A DNA stretch of 64,000 bases from Epithemia pelagica (taxonomy: Eukaryota > Protista > Bacillariophyta). Position 1 is the stretch's first letter. The number at the start of each line of letters is the position of its first letter. A program made the position numbers and the translations under genes. Below are positions 1 to 14,221 of this stretch, piece by piece. The stretch spans positions 124,001-188,000 of the forward strand of contig OX337229.1 in the NCBI GenBank assembly GCA_946965045.2, given 5' to 3'. The notes beneath the pieces are model-generated. The model did no database searches. It had not been told where the DNA came from and saw only the letters and a program-made list of their open reading frames with translations.

Positions 1-108
1 AACAACACTACCAGCCGTCGAATCATTGTGCCCAAGCCACGTGTCCTTTCTCCTCCACAACAACAACAACCACCTCCACAAGAACCATGGAATGGCAAAG
101 CCTTTACT

Positions 109-3100
109 ATGGCCCATGCACGACGACGACGACCATCTCCGCCCGACGCAGCACCTCCAGCGACGACGAATACTCTCTGCCCCCCAAAGACATCGATTCT
201 GGTACGCCTGACGTGTCACATGATTGTCGATCATCGACTCCAACTCCAGAAACAACGACTCAGGAAATGCCAACACTATCATGAACAAAAGGTGGCCTAT
301 CATGAGCAAAAGGAACGGTACCATCAACAACAATTCAAGTATCATGAGGAATGTTTGCACAAGGCACGACACGAGATTCAGAAACGAGAAACACGATGGA
401 ATGGCAGAGGTGGAACTACTACTCTTATGCACGGTGAGGATCGAACGAGACGGGGCGTTCCGTCATCTCCTCCCAAAGCTCGACCCACTGCGCACCAAAA
501 TGTCATTCACCAAACCCTCCGCAATCTAACAAGGGGAACACACACTCTTGTTCCACTAGGGAATCGTTCCAAAGAAGAACGATCACCAACAACGTTACAC
601 AACCAAGGTTATTCCACCATGAAACGACCCCGCAACCACAGCCAAGGCTACGCTCCACAAGAAACAATAAGAACAGCAACGCAACATCATCATCATCATC
701 ATCAACAACAGTCGGTGGGAACACGCATTGTCAAACCAGTGGCTCTCTCGACCACCGGAAGTCTCCGAACAACGACGAGAAGGGTAGACATCCTAGCTGA
801 TGACCAAAGAGCGACACAGGAGCGACCTTCACCTCCTTCACGAACCGCGTCACAAGAAGCTAGCCGAGCTACTGTGACCATTGATGCAGAGCAATGCATA
901 GAACCATCATCGCGACAACCACCTTCCAGTCGCCACCGGGAAAACAGCAATGGACATCCAAGCAAACCCCACCCGAACCATGATATTACACCACAGGAGC
1001 GGATAAAGAAAACAGGATCGCAGCCGACCATTGCCAATGCGGATTCAGTGGCTCCCCAGTACCACGAGAAGCAAACCGACGATCGTAGGGTGGTAGCAGC
1101 ACGACACACTACTGTGAATCATGGTGCCTCGAATAATCCTGTCGCGAATCGAGAAAGGATAGTGGAGAACAAGAAACAACAACAATATTGTGAACGAGAG
1201 GTACGAAATGGGAATCTATCCATGGCACTGCCACGTTGGCGAGCCATGGAATCAAATAAACCAGATCCTAGTATGCCTCCTAGATATGGTAAAAGTACTG
1301 GTTCCGACATGGCTTGTCCACAAGAAGAGCGCGAGGATGATTATGATCACGAGGGCACTATGGACGCGTCCGCCGATACTCGAACCAATGAAGCAGAACA
1401 CAAGGCTCCTACTGAGGATACGGTCGTCACAAATGACTCGCTCCAGGAGGACGAGGAGGATGCTACGTTCGAAAGCAGGGAGCCCACCAGTAAGGATGAA
1501 ACACAAGGAAAATGGAAGTGGCGTTCACAAGACTCTGCAGTACAGAGGCCAAGGGATGCACAAACGCCATCTCCTTATACAGACGTTGATGACAACCCAA
1601 TGAATCATGAAACTCATCAACAAGAGGATGAGGCTTCTCATGACTCTCCACGACCAAACTCTCTATATGCAGCCGTTAGTCAATTATCAGAGGAACAAGA
1701 CAAGGAGAAGGATCATCTGCGAGCTTCGGATCCTTCCTTCTACGATACCTCGGGCAATGACTCACAAGTAGAAGAAGAGGAATGGTCCCATGACGGCGAT
1801 GATGGTGACACACCCAGCATACAAGCCGAAAGCTCCTGGGACGAGGAAGATGAGGACGAGTATGACTACATGCAAATGCGCCGCTTTACGGCCCACTCGT
1901 ACCACACAGAAGCCATTGGTACCTTTCAGTCTCCAAGTACCATGAATGCCACAAATGAAGCTGAAGCATATTCTGTGGATAGCATCCGTGACAGCAACGA
2001 CTGGAACACCAATGGCCTGGATCAAGACGACCAAGATGCAACGTTGGACGAAGAACATATACCTGACGAGAAAGATGAGGCCATGGCCATATGTACAACG
2101 TCTCAGGATGACTGTAGAGCTGACGCCTATTCTGTGGATAGAATCCGCGACAACAACGATTGGAACACCGATGGCCTGGACCAAGACGACCACTATGCAA
2201 CTTTGGAGGAGGGACAGGTGCCTGAAGAGAAAGATGAGACCACGGCCATAGATACAACGTCTCAGGATGACTCCAAAGCTAACGCCTTTTTTGTGCATAG
2301 CATCCACGACAACAACGATAGGAACACCGATGGTGGCCTGGATCAAGACGACCAAGATGCAACGTTGGAAGAAGGACAGGTGCCTGACGAGAAAGATGAG
2401 AACATTGCCAAAGGTACAACGTCTCACGAGGACTCTGAAGTTGACGCCTATTCTGTGGATAGCATCTGTGGCAACAACGACCGTGGCCTGGGTCAAGACG
2501 ACCACTCTGCAACTTTGGAGGAGGGACAGATAGATGAGACCATGGCCATAGATACAACGTTTCAAGATGTCTCCGAAGTCAAAAAGGATGTCACATGCAA
2601 TACTGCAGAGAGACAAACCACTCTGACACCAATGGAGCTGATGGAGAAGCAAACTGTGATGCTCGCAAATTCTGTAGATGTCAGTCGCAATGACAAGAAA
2701 GAAGATGACAAGTTCAATGAAGATGTAAACGGCTTAGCTGTGAGTGTGCACGTGAATGATAATGAGACAGAAACCACCAAGGCCATCCATATGGGCCCGG
2801 GAGAATCGGAGACTCTACGTCAGAAAGAACAATTAGATGGGGAGACGGAAACCACCAAGGTGCACTTTGAAGATGCTGAGGCTGTTGGTGGCGAAGACAT
2901 AACACAATCATGTGTCTCGAAGGAAAGTACAGATTTATTTGAAAACAAAGAAACGTCATCGTACTCCAAGAATGATCAAGCAGATGAAAACAAGATGGCC
3001 CCAAAGGATCTGAATCACGAAGTTATGGATCAAGGTTCTACGGCAGAATCCGACACTATCGAAATTGATGGAACGGATAGAGATGAAAACCAACCAAGAG

Positions 3101-6100
3101 ATCCGAGTAAGGCTGATAGTGACCCTAGTGCCATTGTCTTGTTGACCGAGTCGTCCGACAACGAGGATGAAGGATTGTCGTCGTCTTCCCTTGGCTTTGA
3201 TCCCGAAACAAAACGAGAGCAACTCTTGAACACAAAAGAAAGTTCTGAAGAACGAAGACCTATGGATAAAGATATCAAAGGAAAGAAACGCATATCTGTT
3301 CCACATCTTCAGTCCAAAGAGAGTGGCATTACTAGTGATGGTACATCTGTAGTTCAATGGGATTCCTCCGAAAAAGACGATGATGCTCATCCACATACAG
3401 CAACGATAGAAACACGTGTGTCGTCAGATACGAGGCCGAGAAATCTGGACGAAACGGAACGTGCGGAAGGATTGGGAAAAGACGATAGGGGGAAAGTCTC
3501 ACCTGAAGATACCATCCAGCCAAACGAGCAAAATCACGAATCTCAGCATCCGCCTACCGTGACTGGTGATTCAGAACTGGTTCACAGAACTGTCGACGAA
3601 AAGCACATCGAATCTTGTCTCTCGTTCCTAACGCCTGCAGCTGACCCAGTTCATATCACGGCGGCAATAGATTTTGACGAGCCTATGGGCACTGACTCGA
3701 AGCAGAATCCATTCACGGTTCATGCAGGCGGACGAGCTAGAGGCGTTAAACACAGCGAGCGAGATTCGGCTAGAAATCATGGTTCAGATATCGCAGTATG
3801 CCATCCTAATAAGACGAAACAGACTAGAGGGGACAGCCCAAAGGTTCCAAAACAAGGACGAACAGTGTCACCAACTCCTGTAGTACGAGCGCCTTCAAAA
3901 CCGAATACACCATCCATTGAGGGAGTACGACAAAAACATGAGAAGAAAAGCAACGGTCCAGGTCCATCATCAAGCGATGCGCCGACTCAGGATATTGACC
4001 CACATAGAACACATGCCTCTGCCCATACCCAATCGAGAGAAGGACCCAGTCCGCCGAAGAAAAGGTGGCAAACGCAAGCCTCGTCGCCCAGTGCGAAAAC
4101 AAAAGACTTTCATGAACGGAAGAACAAATCCAAGGATCAATCCCCAACAACGGAAGCACAGAAGCCATTCCGAAAACCTGACTCGACTAAGAAAAACTGT
4201 TTGGCAAGACTATCACAACATGAAGATCCCTCTAATGGAAAGAAACGCAAATCCTCGTTCTCAAGCAACCCTCCCGCCGATTTCATGTCAGACGTGACAG
4301 ATCGTATTCCCCGAAAACGAAGACTTGGGAGCGACACAGGTACCCTCACTTCGTTGCTGCATTCCGTAGCCGATCCACTGTCAAACTCTTCACCAACTCA
4401 TGCCACCCAACAACAACAGCCTCGCTCGATTCTGCGGACTAGCAGCAACACTATGAACCGACACTGTCGAGTCCGTTTTCAAAATATCGTGCATCGGAGC
4501 ACCAATCACTTCGCGAAAGGCACCCAGCAACAAGCAAGTGTTGCTATCACAAGTAAAGCTTCCTCCAAGTCTTGCTTCGGTTCACAACAACATCAGCAAC
4601 ACAACACTCTTGAGCCAAGAACCACGGCAACGAACTCAAGTCCTGTGGAAGTAGAGCAGAGACAGGATACGTCCGACCGTTGTAACAACACAGAATCCAC
4701 TAACACAACCAGGCAACCCCTAACCCTGAACGCCATACTGCGTAAATTCGGCTCGTCACAACAACAGAACAGTCGTGAGTCAAGAACCACGGTATCGAAG
4801 CCAAGTCCAATGGAACTAGTAGAGGAGAGACAAGACACGTCCGAGCGCTGTAACAACACAGAATGCACAACAACCAGGCAACCAAGAACCACGGTAACAA
4901 AGCCAAGCCCTGTGAAACTAATAGAGGAGAGACAAGACATGTCCGAGCGCTGTAACAACACAGAATCAACCAACACAACCATGCAGCCAAGAACCACGGT
5001 AACAAAGCCAAGTCCTATTGAAGTAGAGCAGAGACAGGATACGTCCGAGCGTTGTTACAACACAGAATCCACCAACACAACCAGGCAACCCCTAACCCTG
5101 AACGCCATACTGCGTAAATTCGGCTCGTCACAACAACAGAACAGTCGTGAGTCAAGAACCACGGTATCGAAGTCAAGTCCAATGGAACTAGTAGAGGAGA
5201 GACAAGACACGTCCGAGCGCTGTAACAACACAGAATCGACCACAACCAGGCAACCAAGAACCATAATAACGAACGCTAATCCTGTGGAAGAAGAGCAGAG
5301 ACAAGACAGCTCCGAGCGCGGTAACTACACAGAATTCACGACAATAAGGCAACCACCAATCCTGAAAGCCATACTGCGCAAAATATACCAGCCCCGTGGA
5401 ACCAATGACAATTCCATGAAACAGGATTTTTCTCCTACATCCGGAAAAACTGTAAACACAGCCAATGGTTGTGAGCAGAAATGTTCCAGAGACAAAGCTT
5501 CTCCTTCTTCTACTCCTCCTAGAGGGCCACAGCAACCACAGAGTCAGCCGGGAAACACCAAATCTTTTCCTTTGTCTTCTTCTTCACCTCCTCGTAGACG
5601 GCCACAGCAATCACAGAGTCCGCCGGGAAACACCAAACCGCCTGGTGCAACGCGACGGTTTTCTGCACCATCGGGACCCACCGCAAACACAGCCAATGGT
5701 CGTGAGCAGCCATGTTCCGGAAACAAATCTTTTCCTTTGTCTTCTTCTTCACCTCCTCGTAGACGGCCACAGCAATCACAGAGTCCGCCGGGAAACACCA
5801 AACCGCCTGGTGCAACGCGACGGTTTTCTGCACCATCGGGACCCACCGCAAACACAGCCAATGGTCGTGAGCAGCCATGTTCCGGAAACAAATCTTTTCC
5901 TTTGTCTTCTTCTTCTTCTTCACCTCCTCGTAGAGTGCCACAGCAGTCACAGCGTCCGCCGGGATACACCAAACCACCTGGTGCAGCGCGACGGTTTTCT
6001 GGACCATCGGGACCGATCGCAAACACAACCAATGGTCGTGAGCAGCCATGTTTCGGAAACAAATCTTCTCCTTCGGCTTCTTCTTCTTCTTCTCCTCCTC

Positions 6101-7059
6101 CTCCTCGTAGAGGGCCACAGCAATCACAGAGTCCGCCGGGAAACACCAAACCGCCTGGTGCAAAGCGACAGTTTTCTGCACCATCGGGACCGACCGCAAA
6201 CACAGCCAATGGTCGTGAGCAGCCATGTTCCGGAAACAAATCTTCTCCTTCGGCTTCTTCTTCTTCTTCTTCTTCTTCTCCTCCTCCTCCTCCTCGTAGA
6301 CGGCCACAGCAATCACAGAGTCCGCCGGGAAACACCAAACCGCCTGGTGCAAAGCGACAGTTTTCTGCACCATCGGGACCGACCGCAAACACAGCGAATG
6401 GTCGTGAGCAGCCATGTTCCGGAAACAAATCTTCTCCTTCGGCTTCTTCTTCTTCTCCTCCTCCTCGTAGAGGGCCACAGCAATCACAGAGTCCGCCGGG
6501 AAACGCCAAACTGGCTGGTGCAAAGCGACAGTTTTCTGCACCATGCGGACCAACCGCAAACACAACCAATGGTTGTGAGCAGCCATGTTCCGGAGACAAA
6601 GCTTCTCCTGCCTCTCTTCATAGAGGGCCACTGCAACCACAGAGTCAGCCGGGAAACGACAAACTGGCTGGTGCAAAGCGACGGTGTTTTGCACCATCCC
6701 GACCAACCGCAAACACAACCAATGGTCGTGAGCATCCATGTTCCGGAAACAAAGCTTCTCCTTCGTCTTCTCTTCGTAGAGTGCCACCGCAACCACAGAG
6801 TCCGCCGGGAAACACCAAACCACCTGGTGCAACGCGAGGTTTTTTTGCACCATCCGGACCAATGGCAAACACTGCCAATGATTGTGAGCAGCAATGTTCC
6901 ACAGACAAATCTTCTCCCTGTAGAGGGCCACTGCAACTACAGAGTCCGCCGGCAAACACCACAGCAACGACGGGTGCAAGGCGACGGCCCTCTCGATGGG
7001 GTCTTCCGCTCTCCGCGGTTTCCAAAATTTCCTGTCCACCTCCGGGTAGCAATGAGTAG
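109..7059 (+). CDS. Very large low-complexity protein (~2,300 aa) with three internal tandem-repeat arrays and SILK/RVxF-like motifs
   Basis: Uninterrupted 7-kb ORF, open from 28 with first ATG at 109. It has acidic, Thr/Asn/Gln-rich and Ser/Pro/Arg-rich segments and no recognisable catalytic domain. The true start may lie upstream of the window. Confidence 0.6.
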   Translation: MAHARRRRPSPPDAAPPATTNTLCPPKTSILVRLTCHMIVDHRLQLQKQRLRKCQHYHEQKVAYHEQKERYHQQQFKYHEECLHKARHEIQKRETRWNGRGGTTTLMHGEDRTRRGVPSSPPKARPTAHQNVIHQTLRNLTRGTHTLVPLGNRSKEERSPTTLHNQGYSTMKRPRNHSQGYAPQETIRTATQHHHHHHQQQSVGTRIVKPVALSTTGSLRTTTRRVDILADDQRATQERPSPPSRTASQEASRATVTIDAEQCIEPSSRQPPSSRHRENSNGHPSKPHPNHDITPQERIKKTGSQPTIANADSVAPQYHEKQTDDRRVVAARHTTVNHGASNNPVANRERIVENKKQQQYCEREVRNGNLSMALPRWRAMESNKPDPSMPPRYGKSTGSDMACPQEEREDDYDHEGTMDASADTRTNEAEHKAPTEDTVVTNDSLQEDEEDATFESREPTSKDETQGKWKWRSQDSAVQRPRDAQTPSPYTDVDDNPMNHETHQQEDEASHDSPRPNSLYAAVSQLSEEQDKEKDHLRASDPSFYDTSGNDSQVEEEEWSHDGDDGDTPSIQAESSWDEEDEDEYDYMQMRRFTAHSYHTEAIGTFQSPSTMNATNEAEAYSVDSIRDSNDWNTNGLDQDDQDATLDEEHIPDEKDEAMAICTTSQDDCRADAYSVDRIRDNNDWNTDGLDQDDHYATLEEGQVPEEKDETTAIDTTSQDDSKANAFFVHSIHDNNDRNTDGGLDQDDQDATLEEGQVPDEKDENIAKGTTSHEDSEVDAYSVDSICGNNDRGLGQDDHSATLEEGQIDETMAIDTTFQDVSEVKKDVTCNTAERQTTLTPMELMEKQTVMLANSVDVSRNDKKEDDKFNEDVNGLAVSVHVNDNETETTKAIHMGPGESETLRQKEQLDGETETTKVHFEDAEAVGGEDITQSCVSKESTDLFENKETSSYSKNDQADENKMAPKDLNHEVMDQGSTAESDTIEIDGTDRDENQPRDPSKADSDPSAIVLLTESSDNEDEGLSSSSLGFDPETKREQLLNTKESSEERRPMDKDIKGKKRISVPHLQSKESGITSDGTSVVQWDSSEKDDDAHPHTATIETRVSSDTRPRNLDETERAEGLGKDDRGKVSPEDTIQPNEQNHESQHPPTVTGDSELVHRTVDEKHIESCLSFLTPAADPVHITAAIDFDEPMGTDSKQNPFTVHAGGRARGVKHSERDSARNHGSDIAVCHPNKTKQTRGDSPKVPKQGRTVSPTPVVRAPSKPNTPSIEGVRQKHEKKSNGPGPSSSDAPTQDIDPHRTHASAHTQSREGPSPPKKRWQTQASSPSAKTKDFHERKNKSKDQSPTTEAQKPFRKPDSTKKNCLARLSQHEDPSNGKKRKSSFSSNPPADFMSDVTDRIPRKRRLGSDTGTLTSLLHSVADPLSNSSPTHATQQQQPRSILRTSSNTMNRHCRVRFQNIVHRSTNHFAKGTQQQASVAITSKASSKSCFGSQQHQQHNTLEPRTTATNSSPVEVEQRQDTSDRCNNTESTNTTRQPLTLNAILRKFGSSQQQNSRESRTTVSKPSPMELVEERQDTSERCNNTECTTTRQPRTTVTKPSPVKLIEERQDMSERCNNTESTNTTMQPRTTVTKPSPIEVEQRQDTSERCYNTESTNTTRQPLTLNAILRKFGSSQQQNSRESRTTVSKSSPMELVEERQDTSERCNNTESTTTRQPRTIITNANPVEEEQRQDSSERGNYTEFTTIRQPPILKAILRKIYQPRGTNDNSMKQDFSPTSGKTVNTANGCEQKCSRDKASPSSTPPRGPQQPQSQPGNTKSFPLSSSSPPRRRPQQSQSPPGNTKPPGATRRFSAPSGPTANTANGREQPCSGNKSFPLSSSSPPRRRPQQSQSPPGNTKPPGATRRFSAPSGPTANTANGREQPCSGNKSFPLSSSSSSPPRRVPQQSQRPPGYTKPPGAARRFSGPSGPIANTTNGREQPCFGNKSSPSASSSSSPPPPRRGPQQSQSPPGNTKPPGAKRQFSAPSGPTANTANGREQPCSGNKSSPSASSSSSSSSPPPPPRRRPQQSQSPPGNTKPPGAKRQFSAPSGPTANTANGREQPCSGNKSSPSASSSSPPPRRGPQQSQSPPGNAKLAGAKRQFSAPCGPTANTTNGCEQPCSGDKASPASLHRGPLQPQSQPGNDKLAGAKRRCFAPSRPTANTTNGREHPCSGNKASPSSSLRRVPPQPQSPPGNTKPPGATRGFFAPSGPMANTANDCEQQCSTDKSSPCRGPLQLQSPPANTTATTGARRRPSRWGLPLSAVSKISCPPPGSNE
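1963..2570 (+). repeat. Coding tandem repeat, 4 x ~53 aa (159-162 bp), acidic
   Basis: Units start at 1963, 2122, 2281 and 2443; consensus (D/E)AYSVDSIRDNNDWNTDGLDQDDQDATLEEGQVPDEKDE. Confidence 0.9.
4611..5350 (+). repeat. Coding higher-order repeat (RTTV.KPSP.E..E.RQDTSERCNNTEST)
   Basis: About six units of alternating length; the block near 4660-4880 recurs almost identically 360 bp downstream. Confidence 0.85.
5455..6960 (+). repeat. Coding tandem repeat, ~8 x 60 aa (~180 bp), Ser/Pro/Arg-rich
   Basis: Unit SSSSPPRRRPQQSQSPPGNTKPPGA.R.FSAPSGPTANTANGREQPCSGNK. Two adjacent units near 5560-5920 are identical; the others vary in TCT/CCT run length. Confidence 0.92.
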
Positions 7060-7535
7060 CAGCTGTGGTGTATAGAATGCCGGATCGCAGTCTCCACCAG
7101 AATTGGTGCTTTTGCGTGGTGTTCTTTTTGTATCATCATTATCAGGATGATGTATTCTGTTTGGGTTTCCAATTTTCTCTTGTACATTTGCATCCCATCC
7201 TGTACTCATCATCCTTTTCAGACGTCGCCGACACATGGCTAGTTGTTGGCAGATGACATCCATATATACAGCAATAGATAGTTTCTACTTTTTTGAATTT
7301 TTTGTGGATCTAGAGACTTGTCTTTCGAAGGCTCGGATCGTAGTCTCTGTCCCATTTTTTCGAGGAGGAAAATGACAGCTTGAGATCGCCAGGCGTTGGA
7401 CATGCTCCAGAAAATTCTCTTATCTCACAACGGACATGGACATGGCCAAAGTCTCGCATGCCGATGATGTTGTGATTCTCTTGATGTATTATTATCTAGC
7501 TATTAGAGAGACACTCCTAAAACAGAGATGTCTAT

Positions 7536-7790
7536 TGCCTCCACTCCGGGTGTGCCCATGACGGACGAAAACGTACCGTTGGGAACAATATTTCAAATAG
7601 ATAGAACTCGATCAATATTAGCCCTACAACCATGATCTGATGCGTCTTCCCAATCTCTAAGTCATCCTCTGTCACCATTTGATGCCCCATTTGCACTACC
7701 TATGACATATGATAGTCATAGGAGTGCCTCAATCGGAGGCTTGTTGAGTTGGTGGGCACTTGTGGGGACATAGTGGGCACATGTGGGCAC
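7536..7790 (+). repeat. Left terminal inverted repeat (~255 bp, imperfect)
   Basis: Aligns almost without gaps to the reverse complement of 14222-14476. I count 68/92 identities over the outer 92 bp; identity is lower internally. Contains 4 GTGGG(C/G)AC motifs. Confidence 0.85.
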
Positions 7791-7828
7791 AATATATAAA
7801 ACTCTCCTTTTAGACTAGTTATCTCCGA

Positions 7829-8416
7829 TTAATCAAACTTGTAGTGAATGCACGGTTCCTGGGTCTCAGCAAACTCGAAGGATAGGTTGCTGTCCACGCC
7901 TATGGACGAATTGCGCTTGTTCCCAAATTTGCCCATTGGATTGTTGCTGTTGGTGGTCAAAGTGTCGTCTTTGTCAGAACTGTTGCATTCGAGTTCCAGG
8001 ATATTTGTACCGGGAGAACACTTTTTATTGTTGTATTGTTCCTTACTCTCCATGAATTGCACAATCATGGTATCAAAAGGAGGTGGAGATGCAACCTTCT
8101 TTTCTGAGAGAACAAACACATGCGTCTTCTTGTCCACAACCTTGGCATGGGCTTCTTCCTTGACAATGGGAACCTTCTGCTCTTCCTCAACTTTCACTTC
8201 AACCGCATCCCTTTCCATCTTGATCTTGGGATTCTTTGCTGTAGATGCTTTCTTGCTTGCTGTCCTCATCTTTCGCGACGACTTTTCTTTGGAAACAGAG
8301 CTGGGAACTTGATTGAGGGGGAGGCTTGGTGGCAATGCTGAATCCGCATCCAAGGCCACTTTGATGCGTTGTTGGTTCCGAAGACTGACACGACGGCCGT
8401 TGATGATTGTCGACAT
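7829..8416 (-). CDS. Transposon cargo ORF A, ~195 aa, Lys/Glu/Ser-rich, unknown function
   Basis: ATG at 8416 (MSTIINGRR) runs to a stop at 7829, just inside the left TIR; charged, protein-like composition. Confidence 0.45.
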   Translation of the reverse strand: MSTIINGRRVSLRNQQRIKVALDADSALPPSLPLNQVPSSVSKEKSSRKMRTASKKASTAKNPKIKMERDAVEVKVEEEQKVPIVKEEAHAKVVDKKTHVFVLSEKKVASPPPFDTMIVQFMESKEQYNNKKCSPGTNILELECNSSDKDDTLTTNSNNPMGKFGNKRNSSIGVDSNLSFEFAETQEPCIHYKFD

Positions 8417-8850
8417 GTTACTTTTGTCGTTTGTCGTTGTTGTTGTTGACGCTGTTGTTGGTTTCTCCCTTTGCAAACATGAAAAAGATGAGGCTGACGG
8501 GTCGTGTCTGTTGCAATAGGTTCCGAATTCACGCCAGCCCTCCAAATTAAATAGTAAATAGGGCGCGCCACAAGAACGCTTGGCACGAAAAAGTAGTCCG
8601 TGCGCTCACAAATCTATAATTCGACCTCAAGACGACCGCCATCAAAGAACAAGAATAGGATCCAGCAATACTGTGCCTCGTCCCGACAGATAGATAGTCA
8701 GCAATACTGTGCTTCTCGATAGATACATTGTTTGTTCTCCCATTGCAGGCAAGAATTGTAAGTAAGAATGAAGTGGCAATCCAACTGTGTTGCAGAGATC
8801 TTCCTCACTCACACTTCTGCAAAGCTCAAACAAATCCGTCATCCCGAACA

Positions 8851-9426
8851 ATGGCACAGCTTACAACCAGCAAGAAATTTGAGACCATGCAACTTGCAAA
8901 TGGGTTCACAATTATATGTGATGGTGGGCAGAAGCTCGACACCAAGGGTGAGACGGTGACGGTCTTTGGTGAGTCGGGGGTGAATGCATATCTCAGGTCG
9001 GCTGGTGGAGAAAAGGATGAAGGCGATGGTCGGTTGATTGTTGACCGTGGTGTTCTTCTTCTTCAGCGAACCTTTTTGTCTCAATTGAGCCCAAACGCAT
9101 TTTCAATTCGCCTCTTTGATCGTTCTAAAATGGACGATTCGGTTCCGGAGATGGTGATCCCACTCGAGTACATCAACAATCAGCTGGAGGGTGTGATTCT
9201 TCGCTCAAACAGTGGTAAAGTCATTAAGAGCAGGATTGCCATCCCGACAACCCACTCACTTAACACAGTGATAACAATGGAACCTATGGTTGTCACTGTG
9301 AAGATGAGTGTTGTCGGAGCCACAACACTGTTGAAACTGGTCAACGGGAAACTTTGTGGCCACATGGAAAACAAGGACAACCTTCTTGATTCCAACATGA
9401 TCGCAGTGAAGAAACTAAACTTATAG
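8851..9426 (+). CDS. Transposon cargo ORF B, 191 aa, globular-looking orphan
   Basis: ATG at 8851 (MAQLTTSKK). Complex sequence with alternating hydrophobic beta-like patterns; divergent from cargo ORF A. Confidence 0.55.
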   Translation: MAQLTTSKKFETMQLANGFTIICDGGQKLDTKGETVTVFGESGVNAYLRSAGGEKDEGDGRLIVDRGVLLLQRTFLSQLSPNAFSIRLFDRSKMDDSVPEMVIPLEYINNQLEGVILRSNSGKVIKSRIAIPTTHSLNTVITMEPMVVTVKMSVVGATTLLKLVNGKLCGHMENKDNLLDSNMIAVKKLNL

Positions 9427-9496
9427 AACGGGAGTATAATACCTTAGTAAATTTTTCTTTTTGATCAATTGATCCAACTTTAGATGCAATGTAGTA

Positions 9497-9669
9497 CGAA
9501 TCACCAACTAAGTTGCAACCTGTAGTTACGAATCACCAACTAAGTTGCAACCTGAAGTTACGAATCACCAACTAAGTTGCAACTTGTCGCACCAACTAAG
9601 TTGCAACTTGTAGTTGCAAATCACCAACTAAGTTGCAACTTGTCGTACCAACTAAGTTGCAACTTGTAG
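9497..9669. repeat. Quasi-palindromic array: 6 copies of ACCAACTAAGTTGCAAC at 32/32/24/32/24-bp periods
   Basis: Cores start at 9503, 9535, 9567, 9591, 9623 and 9647. Contains the palindromes GTTGCAAC and AAGTTGCAACTT. Confidence 0.9.
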
Positions 9670-9829
9670 GTCACAAGGACTCGGCCACGCTGCATTGGGT
9701 GCTGCTGCCCGTCCACTGCTACGGTATTGACATCGTAGATGCATAGATACTAATAATAGAACTACGTATTTTGGTTAACTAATCATGTATTCTCATTTCC
9801 ACAGATTGCTTGCTCGTACGATGCATCCT

Positions 9830-13741
<3,912 letters not shown>

Positions 13742-14221
13742 CTGTAGTTAGAAGTTGGCTTCTTTTTTCGTCGTCGCTGCTGTTGAGTTCGTTGTTGTCG
13801 TCGTCGTCACACCTGTTCTTGTGCTCAAGAAATTGACTCTTTGAGTAATGCTCCACATTACGAAAAGGTTCGATTCCATGAGCACAAAGAACTTTCAGAA
13901 GAGCGCGCTTCAGCATGTGCTCCTGAAGCAACATTCCCGATGGGGACTGTTCAAACCAAGCAAGAACATACATTGCCATTGTTGTGTCGACGTTGGATTG
14001 TTGAGGTTGAGGCACTGACCATTTTTTCAAAATTTTGTCTGTCCCCCGTGGGGTTCCGAGTTCCGGTTCCGAATCAACGCCGGCACGGACACCTGGCCTG
14101 AGACATGATGCGAAAGTCGACCATGGCCCAAATTTTGGCGCCAAACAAATTTATTGAATGTCTTTAACATCACGACGTCCAATCATGGTCATAGGACTGT
14201 CATAGGACCTGTCGAATCAAT

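Noticed and set aside
5465-7075. Long overlapping ORFs (536 aa plus strand, 506 aa and 351 aa minus strand)
   Set aside because: By-products of a stop-poor 180-bp repeat; no independent coding signal.
7829-9426. Fanzor/TnpB nuclease as transposon cargo
   Set aside because: Both ORFs are under 200 aa with no RuvC D-E-D or zinc-finger motifs.
9497-9669. CRISPR array
   Set aside because: Spacers are 7-15 bp and near-identical rather than unique, there are no cas genes, and the context is eukaryotic.
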